Notes: generated by a model not told the origin, from the letters alone. A stretch of DNA of 64,000 nucleotides from Candidatus Gottesmanbacteria bacterium (GCA_016186795.1 JACPKY010000002.1:861892-925891), one strand, 5' to 3'; positions 25,766-35,476 are shown, counted from the first letter of the stretch. A program made the numbers and translations.

Positions 25766-27535
25766 TTACTTCATATCTATCGCATATATTTTATTGCCGG
25801 AGAGGATGAACATCTTCTTCTCTTCCTCAGATGCGATAAAATCATCCGCACTTTTCAGCCCATCCCACTGATATTGCGAGTGATACAATCCATCTTTATC
25901 AAAGACAATAATTCTACTCGTTTGTTTGTCTAAGAAATAGACGTACGTATCTGTATCACTTGTGGAAATATCTTCAATTCCTGCCATACTCTCAGGAAAA
26001 TCTTTCGGCACAAATGGATTCCCATTTCCTTGAGTCAACCTCACGATATCTCCACCCGTTGAGAAAACCCAGACAGAGCCGTCAATAACCAGCTCTTTTG
26101 CTTGGGAAAAGTTGACTGAAACTCCGCGATTGACATAATTTTGTGCTGGTAAATATCCAACTTCCTGTGATATATATTTCCAAATGCTATTATTTGTCCT
26201 GTCAAGAAGATACAGATTCCCTCCAAATGCCGTAAGAGCTGTAATATCACCCCATTTCTCATCTCGCTTAATAACAATATCTGCTTTTTTTGTATCGATA
26301 TGGACTGAAGAAACCCCTTCATCACTCACTATGTACACGAATTTACCATGAATGGTAATGCCCTTGGCATTTTTTACTGTATCACCTCCTGCTATAACCG
26401 ATGCCTTTTTCGTTTTTGAATCGAAATAGTACACGGTATTATTTTTTGTATCGAGAATTGCTTTACTTGTCTCGAAACTCGCAATTTTATTACCCGTTCC
26501 TTCAGCTTTAATAAAACTTATATCAAAGTAGAGAGGCACTGAGGTAAATGTATAGATTTTATATGCAAGGAGTTCCTGTTCTGATACCTTAGTAAGCCAT
26601 TCGTTTGCTTCCCCGTATTCTTTTGAATCTTTGGGAAACTCTTTCAGAAGCGGTGTTAAAGCTACTTTACTATCGGAAAGAAGAGTTCTAGATCTTGCGG
26701 GATTGAGTTCCAAGAGGCTCACTGCTTCTTCGTATTGATGCGAAACAAGATCAAGCACTCCGGCCAGTTTTTCTCGACGCTTCGTTGATTGCGTTTGACT
26801 AATATTTAAAAAGATACTTGCGATAAGAAGACCGGTCAGTATAACAGCGATTGTCAAAAACATCTTTTTCTTGCGAATAGTCTCTGGATCAAGCTCTTCT
26901 TCTTCAACTTTTTTTAGACGCTTCCAAAACATACGTAATGATTCTTTCACTTTTGCCCTGTCAATCTTTCTTGGTTGTTTACTTTCTTCTCTTTTCACCA
27001 CAAGAAGAGAAAACCCATGAGGAGAAGGAGAGGAAAATTGAATTTCTTCTTCCAATTCTTCTTTTTGAGTCTTCGTTTTTGAAAAAATTTCATATCGCCT
27101 CTCTCTCGAGGTATGTTCAATTCCTGTTCTTCCCATAACAAAAACCCTATCATTTTCTAGCACACCCCCTGAAACGATATCCCCCGATGAGGCAATTTTT
27201 CCAATTTTTCCTTCTCTTTCCAGAAGGACTTCGCCGCCTCCAATATTTTTTACAGAAAGCGAATCTCTCGATAGAAGTCCAATTGTTACTGAAGAAAATT
27301 CCTTTCCGATGGTAATTTTCTTTAATTGGCTCATGTCCTTTTGAGACGCATTCTCTAATTCTGTGACTAATTTTTTGAAAATTTCCTCAAATTCGTTATC
27401 CGACACGTTTGGATCGACTAACTCCGCATAAAGAAACAAGTCCTCACGGATAATACTCTTCGCTTTGGCGGGGACGCTCTTTTTCAATGAGAAGGTGTGC
27501 GTCTCGATAAGGGCGAGCATAGGATAAACTGCCAA
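25766..27535 (-). CDS. bitopic protein: degenerate PP2C-like N-domain, TM, extracellular beta-propeller
   Basis: NIGGGEVLLEREGK..SGGVLENDRV; central TM; GNLYLLD, IDGSVWV, YFLD..RIIVFDKDG blades. Confidence 0.6.
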   Translation of the reverse strand: MAVYPMLALIETHTFSLKKSVPAKAKSIIREDLFLYAELVDPNVSDNEFEEIFKKLVTELENASQKDMSQLKKITIGKEFSSVTIGLLSRDSLSVKNIGGGEVLLEREGKIGKIASSGDIVSGGVLENDRVFVMGRTGIEHTSRERRYEIFSKTKTQKEELEEEIQFSSPSPHGFSLLVVKREESKQPRKIDRAKVKESLRMFWKRLKKVEEEELDPETIRKKKMFLTIAVILTGLLIASIFLNISQTQSTKRREKLAGVLDLVSHQYEEAVSLLELNPARSRTLLSDSKVALTPLLKEFPKDSKEYGEANEWLTKVSEQELLAYKIYTFTSVPLYFDISFIKAEGTGNKIASFETSKAILDTKNNTVYYFDSKTKKASVIAGGDTVKNAKGITIHGKFVYIVSDEGVSSVHIDTKKADIVIKRDEKWGDITALTAFGGNLYLLDRTNNSIWKYISQEVGYLPAQNYVNRGVSVNFSQAKELVIDGSVWVFSTGGDIVRLTQGNGNPFVPKDFPESMAGIEDISTSDTDTYVYFLDKQTSRIIVFDKDGLYHSQYQWDGLKSADDFIASEEEKKMFILSGNKIYAIDMK

Positions 27536-27760
27536 TTAGAGAAAAAGAATAACCCAAGTGAATACAAGGATTGATGACAGAAGATGGATAAGTGAAAGAA
27601 TAATAATGATCGGAGAAATATTTGCGTGGACTACCCGTGTCATTACTTGTGTCTGACGTACGACAATAATGGAGAACAAAAGGTGAAGCACGAGGAAAGA
27701 GAGTGCGATAAACTTGATAAGAATCTGTGGGAAAAAAACCGCCAGATCAGTGAGGTTCAT
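27536..27760 (-). CDS. small 2-TM membrane protein (DUF5657-like)
   Basis: FSIIVVRQTQVM between two TM helices. Confidence 0.6.
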   Translation of the reverse strand: MNLTDLAVFFPQILIKFIALSFLVLHLLFSIIVVRQTQVMTRVVHANISPIIIILSLIHLLSSILVFTWVILFL

Positions 27761-28397
27761 TCTCTTCCTCCTCTTTCCCCATCAATTGATTAATGATTCG
27801 TACTACCCGATCTGGATGAGGAACAGCAAGAAACTCAAACTCCAACTCAGTCCCAGCTGTTTGTACATAGACATCGCCGTAGTCGAAAAACGAGCGAATA
27901 AATCCCTGCGTACTCATGGTGACATCTTCAATTTTGGCAATTCTTGTTTCTGAGAATCTCTTGTTTAAAAGATTCACAAAATCGATATCCACGACACGCT
28001 CTTCCGTAACAATCGACACAGTAAAATACCAGATTAAAAAATTTCCCAACATGTAACTAAACGTCAGTAAATACCAACTTAAAATGAGGAAAAAGAGAAA
28101 CTGCCCAGTGGTGCCTGTTGGAATTGATCCCGAAAAAAAGAGTGCCGGAAAAAGGATGGGCGGAAGAATGAGAAGAATAAAACTGATAACAATCCAATGG
28201 AGATTCGTAACCCAGTGTTTGCGTAAAAAAAGAATGATTGTTTCATCATCTGACTGTGTTTCAAATGTAATACCGGTGGGACGCACCATGTACGAAGACA
28301 AAACCTGCTTCATACCTTCCATAATTGGCTTCATCGGTGCGGTTGCAGACGGCTTTGGATTCTGGGGAGAAGCTGGTGAAACAAAAATATCCGGCAT
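27747..28397 (-). CDS. membrane protein with bacterial PH domain
   Basis: LRKHW, IVTEERVVDID, IEDVT, DYGDVYVQTAG. Confidence 0.85.
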   Translation of the reverse strand: MPDIFVSPASPQNPKPSATAPMKPIMEGMKQVLSSYMVRPTGITFETQSDDETIILFLRKHWVTNLHWIVISFILLILPPILFPALFFSGSIPTGTTGQFLFFLILSWYLLTFSYMLGNFLIWYFTVSIVTEERVVDIDFVNLLNKRFSETRIAKIEDVTMSTQGFIRSFFDYGDVYVQTAGTELEFEFLAVPHPDRVVRIINQLMGKEEEENEPH

Positions 28398-30175
28398 TAT
28401 CTTTTCTCAATATTATATAACGGACCTACAATTTGGATGTTTGCTGGAGCACGAAGGTTGAAGAAATTACTAAACTCTGCTCCGTCAAAACTTACGCTTC
28501 CTCCGTCTCCGGAAATATTGACACGTGTCGTTTTCCCAACCCCTTTATCCCACTCGATTGAAACACTGGAAACACTTTGTAAGGGATTCTCACCACGGCT
28601 TTGAAGTTCTTGTCGAACTCGACCTGCATCCCATGTATCAACCCCGTCGGGATTTGGTTTATCTACTTGGGAAAGATGTTTTTGGGTCGATCCATCCTTC
28701 TTTGCAAGCCGTAGGACATTGACTATGTCAGCAAGTTCATCACTTTTAAGCCAGGCACTCTTTCCGTACTGACTTCGAAATCCCTGTGCTGCATAAAAAC
28801 AGGGAGATTCACGATCGTATGAACGATCGGCAAGGTCACCAAAACTCCCAATATCACCAGAAGTATCTCTCATCCGTTTTGTATATGAACGGTTACTTCC
28901 CCACACATCACCTGATGTAAAGGTGTACCCGCCAAAGGTCGATGCGTACCATGCCTTTATCGCCGCTCCATCTCGTACCATCACTTCTCCCTCTGTTTCT
29001 TTCACAGCTTTTTCCCAATTTCCACCTTTATTACCACCTTTGTAAACCTGACAGGCTTGGGTCGTGCAGATTTCACTTGCGCCATTATTGGTATACGCAA
29101 GCGCATATGATCTAGCAGCCACAACTTGTGCTTTCAAAGCTTCCAAAGGCCAACTTTCCGGCATTTCATAGATACCTAAGAGATAATCATCTAAGTCTTT
29201 TTCTCCATGACCCTGAACTTTAATTTTCATATGGGGATCCTTTTTCTCGTAGGAAATACCATCAAAGTATGCACCAAGTATATCTCGGTATGACTGTCCG
29301 GCTTTGGCCCTTCCATATGCTCCATACTGATTCAAACCAACGCGATGAGGAATACCATAAGTAAATGCTGCAAACGCTGGAGAAAATCCAGGGTCAATTT
29401 TCCGATCATCGGTACAATAGAGAGGACCTGCCCCAAGGCTCGTTGGAAGATTTAAACTTCCGAACTTTTCGGCGAGTAACTGCTGTTGTTTGGCAGAAAG
29501 CTGGGCAATTTGTGTCGATAAAGCAGTCTGATACTTCTTTGCTCCGGAAATTTCTTTTTCCAAAAATCCGGCTTGCTTATCCGTTTCCTCTCTAATTTTT
29601 GCAAGTCTTGCCTTCTCATTTTCTAACTGCTGTTTTTTTTCTTCCAGACCTTTGACATACAAAACAATCTGGACAATGGTATCCCGGTCGTTTTGTACCA
29701 CTTTTTTCTGGTATCCTAACACCCGGATAGTCTGTGGTAAATTTTGGCTCATAAGAAGGAAGATGCCCGGAGAGGAAAACGAAGTTTTTGATTTATACAT
29801 TTCCCGTACTTTTTGCCCCAAAAGCTCAGAGGCGGTTACGAGAAGTTGTTCTCCTTCTGCAACGAGTGCTTCTTTCCGCTTCACTTCCTTTTCTATTCCA
29901 TCAGTCCGGCGTTTGATATCCGCAAGAGTATCTTTCAGCTTAGAAAGACTGCCTTCAAGTGGAGTTGTTGCAGCAACAGAAAGTTCAAGAGCATGCTTGA
30001 GATCCGAAAGTTGCTTTTCCACATCGGCGAGTTCATCAGCGTATACCCGGGTCTTGGGTGAAAAGATAGAAGCAATGAAGATGCTTATTAAAACAAAGAA
30101 AATAAAAAGTTTTTTTGCGGACAGTTGGAAATGCATACTGCGACCTAAAAATGGTAATACTTTGAGTCTTTCCAT
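28397..30175 (-). CDS. coiled-coil plus SpoIID/LytB-domain peptidoglycan hydrolase
   Basis: EMPESWPLEALKAQVVAARSY, CQVY, HRVGLNQYGA. Confidence 0.88.
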   Translation of the reverse strand: MERLKVLPFLGRSMHFQLSAKKLFIFFVLISIFIASIFSPKTRVYADELADVEKQLSDLKHALELSVAATTPLEGSLSKLKDTLADIKRRTDGIEKEVKRKEALVAEGEQLLVTASELLGQKVREMYKSKTSFSSPGIFLLMSQNLPQTIRVLGYQKKVVQNDRDTIVQIVLYVKGLEEKKQQLENEKARLAKIREETDKQAGFLEKEISGAKKYQTALSTQIAQLSAKQQQLLAEKFGSLNLPTSLGAGPLYCTDDRKIDPGFSPAFAAFTYGIPHRVGLNQYGAYGRAKAGQSYRDILGAYFDGISYEKKDPHMKIKVQGHGEKDLDDYLLGIYEMPESWPLEALKAQVVAARSYALAYTNNGASEICTTQACQVYKGGNKGGNWEKAVKETEGEVMVRDGAAIKAWYASTFGGYTFTSGDVWGSNRSYTKRMRDTSGDIGSFGDLADRSYDRESPCFYAAQGFRSQYGKSAWLKSDELADIVNVLRLAKKDGSTQKHLSQVDKPNPDGVDTWDAGRVRQELQSRGENPLQSVSSVSIEWDKGVGKTTRVNISGDGGSVSFDGAEFSNFFNLRAPANIQIVGPLYNIEKR

Positions 30176-30217
30176 TATACAATAGCGAATTGTTTTGATA
30201 CACTTAAAGTACTGCCC

Positions 30218-30694
30218 ATGAGAAAAGTACTCCTATTTGTTTTTTTACTTTCTTTTTTCCTCTCTCCACCTCCAATTTTTTCGGCAGTCACCCCAACAAC
30301 ATCGGCAATTAGCCCGCAGCCATCGTGTGATCTCTGCGGTTGGTGCAATCAAGCAGTAAACCCCAAACCTTCTAATTGGGATGCATGCCAGGCATGCATC
30401 GCACAACCCCGCGGATATTATACGGTTTTTGGCTGTTTCTCAACCGATCCGACAGGTGCTCCATTTGTCCAGGCAATTTTAACGCTTGTAGTGGGAGTTG
30501 CAGGAGGAATTGCTTTCTTGGCATTCTTAGCTGGCGCTGCAACGGTACTTACATCAACCGGAAACCCAGAGAAACTATCTTCGGGAAAAGAAACAATTAT
30601 TTCCTCTCTTATCGGGCTTCTTCTTATACTCTTTTCTATATTTTTACTTCGGGTCGTCGGAGTTGACGTATTACAAATTCCTGGATTTGGGTAA
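30218..30694 (+). CDS. VirB2/TrbC-like CPR pilin with Cys-rich head
   Basis: Signal peptide; TSTGNPEKLSSGKETII between two TM helices. Confidence 0.85.
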   Translation: MRKVLLFVFLLSFFLSPPPIFSAVTPTTSAISPQPSCDLCGWCNQAVNPKPSNWDACQACIAQPRGYYTVFGCFSTDPTGAPFVQAILTLVVGVAGGIAFLAFLAGAATVLTSTGNPEKLSSGKETIISSLIGLLLILFSIFLLRVVGVDVLQIPGFG

Positions 30695-30699
30695 AAATA
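30661..30699. repeat. 39-bp direct repeat, copy 1 (pilin 3' end)
   Basis: 36/39 identical to 31287-31325; 25-bp exact core. Confidence 0.9.
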
Positions 30700-30700
30700 C

Positions 30701-31222
30701 ATGAAAAAACCTATATATTATGCATTTATTGACAGTCAGAATTTAAATCTCGGTATTCATGATTGCGGCTGGAAACTCGATTTTGCCAGATTTTACGTTT
30801 ATTTAAAAGATAAATATAAAGTTGCAAAAGCATTTCTTTTCATCGGATACGTCGCTGGAAACGAAGTGTTATACACTTCTTTGCAAAAAGCAGGATATAT
30901 TGTTATCTTCAAACCTACTCTTGAATTTAAAAAAGAAGGAAAAACCTATACTAAAGGAAACGTAGATGCAGAATTGGTGCTGCATACGATGATAGAGTAT
31001 CCAAACTATAACAAGACAATCATCGTATCAGGAGATGGAGATTTCCATTGCCTTATTGAATATCTGGAGAAGAAAAATAAACTGTTTCACATTCTTATTC
31101 CGAACCCCCACAAATACTCAGCACTTCTTAGGAAATTTCATAAATATTTCATTTATATTTATTCGTTAAAAAGAAAACTAAGCATAAAAAAGAGAGGGAG
31201 TAACCTTCGGACGAAACCTTAG
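30701..31222 (+). CDS. NYN (LabA/DUF88, PIN-like) domain nuclease
   Basis: FIDSQNL, KGNVDAEL, IVSGDGDF. Confidence 0.92.
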   Translation: MKKPIYYAFIDSQNLNLGIHDCGWKLDFARFYVYLKDKYKVAKAFLFIGYVAGNEVLYTSLQKAGYIVIFKPTLEFKKEGKTYTKGNVDAELVLHTMIEYPNYNKTIIVSGDGDFHCLIEYLEKKNKLFHILIPNPHKYSALLRKFHKYFIYIYSLKRKLSIKKRGSNLRTKP

Positions 31223-31245
31223 GTGTGCCCTCTCATCGTGATTAA
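31186..31245 (-). ncRNA. putative small structured antisense RNA over the NYN 3' end
   Basis: Lies downstream of a minus-strand promoter; GAGAGGG..CCCTCTC stem followed by T6. Confidence 0.4.
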
Positions 31246-31251
31246 GTTGGT

Positions 31252-31280
31252 ATTATAGTACATAATATGCAAAATATCAA
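31252..31280 (-). promoter_or_regulatory. sigma70-like promoter, antisense to NYN gene
   Basis: TTGATA-17bp-TATAAT on minus strand. Confidence 0.6.
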
Positions 31281-31286
31281 CTGCCA

Positions 31287-31325
31287 AGTAGACATATTAC
31301 AAATTCCTGGATTTGGGTAGAAATA
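31287..31325. repeat. 39-bp direct repeat, copy 2
   Basis: Matches 30661-30699. Confidence 0.9.
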
Positions 31326-31330
31326 TTATT

Positions 31331-32896
31331 ATGAATGAGTTTAGGCTAAAATATCAGATAGTTTCTCACGCAGTGAATCTGTCATACCTCGTATGTGGAA
31401 GTCGCATTTTAATTCGCGCATATAAATCCTTTCTAGTCTTGTTGACCTCAGTCTTATTGTTTATTGTTTCCTCTTTTTCCCTCTCCCCTGTTTATGCAGC
31501 AGCAAATTGTGGAGGTTTTACTTTCAATGTAACACCTGCCGAATCTAAAATAGGAGATCATACTATTTATTCTAATACCACTAACATAGAAATTGGTTTT
31601 GGTCTCAATCATCCTCCTGATGCCCCTGATCCTGATCCTGCTAACAACGGATTTGTTGTAGCTGCTGATGGAGGCGGCCAAAACGATTACGTTTCCACAC
31701 CTCAGCTTATTACCGATACGCAACGTAGTGTGGGACATTGGGATATATACGTAAAGATTGACAATAACGATAAGTATTCTGCTCAATTTCAGACCCGTTC
31801 ACACGCTCTAAACCTTTATCGTGTTTCTGATTTGGTTCCATTTGATACTTCAAAGCGGCCTCCGCCGGATGTGCTTGCAGGCGCAATCCCTGTTTGCACA
31901 TATACTTATCAAGTCATCCCACTTCCAACACCTACTCTGGCATATGTTCCATGCAATTTAAATTTTCGTATGCAAGACTCTCGAGGAAACATTTTGGATA
32001 AACCGACACTAGATGCTGTTTATTGGGTAACGGGAACTATCTCAAATATGCCCGATAGTCCAATTACTTACGATTCCTCAGGTAATGCTTGGAGTAGACT
32101 CTATTTTGGAGACCTCACTGTAGGTAATCGATCTACAGAAGAATATACTCCTGCAGACAAACAGACGATTTTCAAGTATATTGGTACATTTCCTCAACCA
32201 GGTTCTTATAGAGTTACATACGACATCAAATCCCAGACAGTCCAATGTATCCCAACGGACGAGTATGGTGTCGGAGGAGGGGTAACCTGTCCCAGAGACA
32301 AAACTGGAAAAGTACCAACGGATATTAACGGGCATTGCGAGGCTACCATAAATGTTGATGAATCCGGAGGATCTATCGACATTCCAAAAGTTCCGCCGCA
32401 ATGCATACGACAGGGTGGTCCTGATACTGACCCAGAATGTACATATCCTTACTGTAATGACAAATGTTCTTCTTGTCCCTGGTGTACAAATGTTGCACCA
32501 GGCATAAAAATTCCTAATTTAAAACCTCTTTGTGACCAATTACCAAGATCACCAGTAGACTACCAATCTGCCTGCAACACTTGTGTAAACAATACAGATG
32601 AAACAAAAAAAGGGATCTGGACCGGAATAGGGTGTATTTCCACAAATATGAATACATTTCTTGAAGAGTATGTTTTTCGTTTCGGTCCGGGAATTGCAGG
32701 CGGAATTGCCTTTCTCTATTTCCTTTATGGCTGTTTCCTCATCCTGACCTCGGCAGGAGACCCGGAAAAAATTGCCCAAGGAAAAGAAATAATCGTCTCT
32801 GCCCTCTCAGGACTTCTCCTTGTCATCTTTTCTGTCTTTCTCCTTCGTACGATCGGTGTTGATATTCTCGGTCTTCCTGAATTTACTAAACCGTAA
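31331..32896 (+). CDS. large minor pilin/adhesin: Cys-rich extracellular region plus C-terminal VirB2-like pilin domain
   Basis: SPVYAA signal; C-terminal TGIGC..TSAGDPEKIAQGKEIIVSA homologous to 30218-30694. Confidence 0.8.
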   Translation: MNEFRLKYQIVSHAVNLSYLVCGSRILIRAYKSFLVLLTSVLLFIVSSFSLSPVYAAANCGGFTFNVTPAESKIGDHTIYSNTTNIEIGFGLNHPPDAPDPDPANNGFVVAADGGGQNDYVSTPQLITDTQRSVGHWDIYVKIDNNDKYSAQFQTRSHALNLYRVSDLVPFDTSKRPPPDVLAGAIPVCTYTYQVIPLPTPTLAYVPCNLNFRMQDSRGNILDKPTLDAVYWVTGTISNMPDSPITYDSSGNAWSRLYFGDLTVGNRSTEEYTPADKQTIFKYIGTFPQPGSYRVTYDIKSQTVQCIPTDEYGVGGGVTCPRDKTGKVPTDINGHCEATINVDESGGSIDIPKVPPQCIRQGGPDTDPECTYPYCNDKCSSCPWCTNVAPGIKIPNLKPLCDQLPRSPVDYQSACNTCVNNTDETKKGIWTGIGCISTNMNTFLEEYVFRFGPGIAGGIAFLYFLYGCFLILTSAGDPEKIAQGKEIIVSALSGLLLVIFSVFLLRTIGVDILGLPEFTKP

Positions 32897-32934
32897 CTAT
32901 TCACAAGGAAACTATGGTACCATAAAGAAAATCT

Positions 32935-33261
32935 ATGGAACTTGCACAAATATTAAATATCCCGGGCGGAAAGGTTCAGGGCCCACTGCCTACTATTGAT
33001 GCTACGGGGAACACCCGTTTTACTGACCTTGCCTCTTTTGTCACCAACCTTCTCCCTTACATCTTTCCAATATCCGGAGTATTCTTACTTTTTTATCTTA
33101 TCTGGGGAGGTTTTAGCTACCTCACGTCAATGGGAGACCCGAAGAAAGCCGCAGCAGGACAAGCAAAAATCACTAACGCTATTTTGGGATTCCTCCTTAT
33201 TTTTGTCGCATTTCTCATTGTCCAAATTGTGGATTACCTGTTTGGACTAAACCTCTACTAA
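32935..33261 (+). CDS. VirB2/TrbC-like CPR pilin
   Basis: WGGFSYLTSMGDPKKAAAGQAKITNAILG. Confidence 0.88.
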   Translation: MELAQILNIPGGKVQGPLPTIDATGNTRFTDLASFVTNLLPYIFPISGVFLLFYLIWGGFSYLTSMGDPKKAAAGQAKITNAILGFLLIFVAFLIVQIVDYLFGLNLY

Positions 33262-33262
33262 G

Positions 33263-34594
33263 TCATTTCTCAAAAAACGCAGGGGATGATCCGCCGGGAA
33301 TGACGCGGACGACGTTTAACTTGGCATTATTTTCCAATGTATAAAGAGTCAACTGTTGTGTTCCGCTTTGGAGAGGATTTGGCCGAACTCCGAGAAGCCG
33401 AAAGTCGTCAACCATAAAATCATCTTTTTGCAATGCATTTGGACCAATGATCTGCACGGAGTTTTGACCAAGATCGTATATGCCAACGAGTGGAAGGTTC
33501 GCACTATATTGGTATGGGACAAGAAGTTTTTCCGCATTTAGAAACCAGATAGCAAAGGGTAGAAATCCTTTATCGAGCGTAGATTCAGGAAGATTTGTGG
33601 TACCCATATCAACCAGTGTCGGTTTGGAATTTAGTACTCGTTGCCCTGTTCCATCTATTCCCATAATGTAAAGGTCGTTTTTTTGACTCCCGGTAACACT
33701 ATAGAGAATCTTGGTCTTGTCAGGAGATACCGACATTGCCGAAATAGAAGAATTGGCAACAAGAAGTTTTGCTGATGGGCTTGCAGGATTGACACTGCTT
33801 ATCCCATCAGACCCCCGGAAAAGAACAGTTTTTTCATTCACCCACTCAACTTGAGAAATAGAGGGAGACCGCTTCAGAAGTGAAGTTGCAACTGCCGAAA
33901 CTGAAGAAACTTGGTAACTATCCAGATTATATGTGGCACCTTGCGTCAGAAAAACGAAAGAATCGAAGGAGGGAGACCAGGAATAGTCAGCAATTGCTGC
34001 AGAATTACTTTCTGGGTAGTAGTAAAACGTTTTTTTCTCCCGATCGTAGACTGTCAATTGGGTCAAATTCCCTACTTTGGGAAGCCAGGATAAGTATCTT
34101 CCTGAAAAAGACCAGGAAAGATTTCCTCCCGCTGGTGAAGTATTTTTGGCCAAAAGTGTAACAAATGAAAAATCACTATGGTAAATATCACCATCTTTAA
34201 TAAATGCTAACCGTCCTACCTCAACTGGCGTGATAGTTGCCGATACCGATGCAATAGGTGAAAGCGTTGGTTCAATTGTGGCAGTTGGAAGAAGAATTGG
34301 CGTTGCAGAAGGCCTCGGAGGAGGGGTTGGAGTCGCAGATTTTTTAGATGCCCCCCCTACAAAAAGGAGAAATCCTCCAAGAATAATGATAAGAAGAAGT
34401 AAACCCCCTATGATAAACGGAAGAAACTTTTTCAAAGGATTGACACTTTCTGGAAATTGAGGAGGTGGAGTCTCGGGGGGACCATCAGATGGAGGCGCCT
34501 CACCCTGGGGCACGTCTACCGATGGGGTTTCTACTGGAGTTTCGGAGGGTACATCTTGTGGAGGAGCCTCCTGGGATTGGGCAGTTTGATCCAT
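33263..34594 (-). CDS. membrane-anchored TolB-like beta-propeller with Pro-rich linker
   Basis: Pro-rich N-terminus, TM, WSPS and SPDKTKILY repeats. Confidence 0.72.
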   Translation of the reverse strand: MDQTAQSQEAPPQDVPSETPVETPSVDVPQGEAPPSDGPPETPPPQFPESVNPLKKFLPFIIGGLLLLIIILGGFLLFVGGASKKSATPTPPPRPSATPILLPTATIEPTLSPIASVSATITPVEVGRLAFIKDGDIYHSDFSFVTLLAKNTSPAGGNLSWSFSGRYLSWLPKVGNLTQLTVYDREKKTFYYYPESNSAAIADYSWSPSFDSFVFLTQGATYNLDSYQVSSVSAVATSLLKRSPSISQVEWVNEKTVLFRGSDGISSVNPASPSAKLLVANSSISAMSVSPDKTKILYSVTGSQKNDLYIMGIDGTGQRVLNSKPTLVDMGTTNLPESTLDKGFLPFAIWFLNAEKLLVPYQYSANLPLVGIYDLGQNSVQIIGPNALQKDDFMVDDFRLLGVRPNPLQSGTQQLTLYTLENNAKLNVVRVIPGGSSPAFFEK

Positions 34595-34639
34595 ACATTT
34601 ATTCTACCAGATTAAACGCAGTCGTCTACTTGGCAAATC

Positions 34640-35476
34640 TCACTTTTCTCTCCATTGAGTAATTGCTTGCTCGTACGATTTGGGAGTTCCAATGTCAATC
34701 CACTTTCCCGCAAAGAGAAACCCGGTGAGTTTCCCTTCTTGAGCTAAGGTAGGGAAAATATCTTCAAGATGTGAAACGGTTCCATGTGGAATATGTTCAA
34801 AAATACTTTTTCTTAAAACATACAAACCGCTATTTACCAGTTGTGACGTCTGCTTTCCCTTCTGTGGCTTTTCCCGAAATTGGGTAATTTTTGTCCCGTG
34901 CAGGACGACTTCACCGAAATTTGATGTGTCAACAACAGAGGTGAGCGCAAGGGTGGCAACACTATCCTGTTCATTGTGAAAAGCAACAAGATCAGAAAGA
35001 TTTATATCCGTAAGAATATCTCCGTGAAGAGCCAAAAACGTATCACTGTGAATGTGTTTCTTGGCAAGGAGGAGTGCTCCACCTGTTCCCATTTCTTTTT
35101 CTTCCAGTACGTAGGTGATTTTCACACCAAACTTCTTGCCGTCTCCGAAATACTCACGGATTTTTTCTCCGAGGTGCCCTATGGAAAAAATAATATCGAC
35201 AATGCTATGGTTTCTTAATAGGTCAACAATGTGTTCAAGAATTGGTTTACCGGCAACTGGAAAAAGCCCTTTGGGCATTTCAAACGTGAAAGGCCGCATG
35301 TTAAGTCCTTTCCCACCGGCAAGTATGACGGCCTGACGAACTTGAGGAACAAGGCTCTGGGTTATAAGATATTCAATTGCGTGGGATCTGTTTCTTATAT
35401 TTACCCCATCAATGATACTGTCAATTTTGGAAAGTAAAGATTTTTTGCAGGTAATAGTAATTCGTTCCCGATCCAT
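34640..35476 (-). CDS. sugar-phosphate nucleotidyltransferase with N-terminal ribbon-helix-helix domain
   Basis: RERITIT..LLSKID..NRSHAIE then AVILAGGKG..RPFT..PK, GTGGAL, WIDIGTP. Confidence 0.88.
   Translation of the reverse strand: MDRERITITCKKSLLSKIDSIIDGVNIRNRSHAIEYLITQSLVPQVRQAVILAGGKGLNMRPFTFEMPKGLFPVAGKPILEHIVDLLRNHSIVDIIFSIGHLGEKIREYFGDGKKFGVKITYVLEEKEMGTGGALLLAKKHIHSDTFLALHGDILTDINLSDLVAFHNEQDSVATLALTSVVDTSNFGEVVLHGTKITQFREKPQKGKQTSQLVNSGLYVLRKSIFEHIPHGTVSHLEDIFPTLAQEGKLTGFLFAGKWIDIGTPKSYEQAITQWREK

Noticed and set aside
31201-31225. GGACGAAAC as a hammerhead ribozyme core
   Set aside because: No CTGANGA element nearby.
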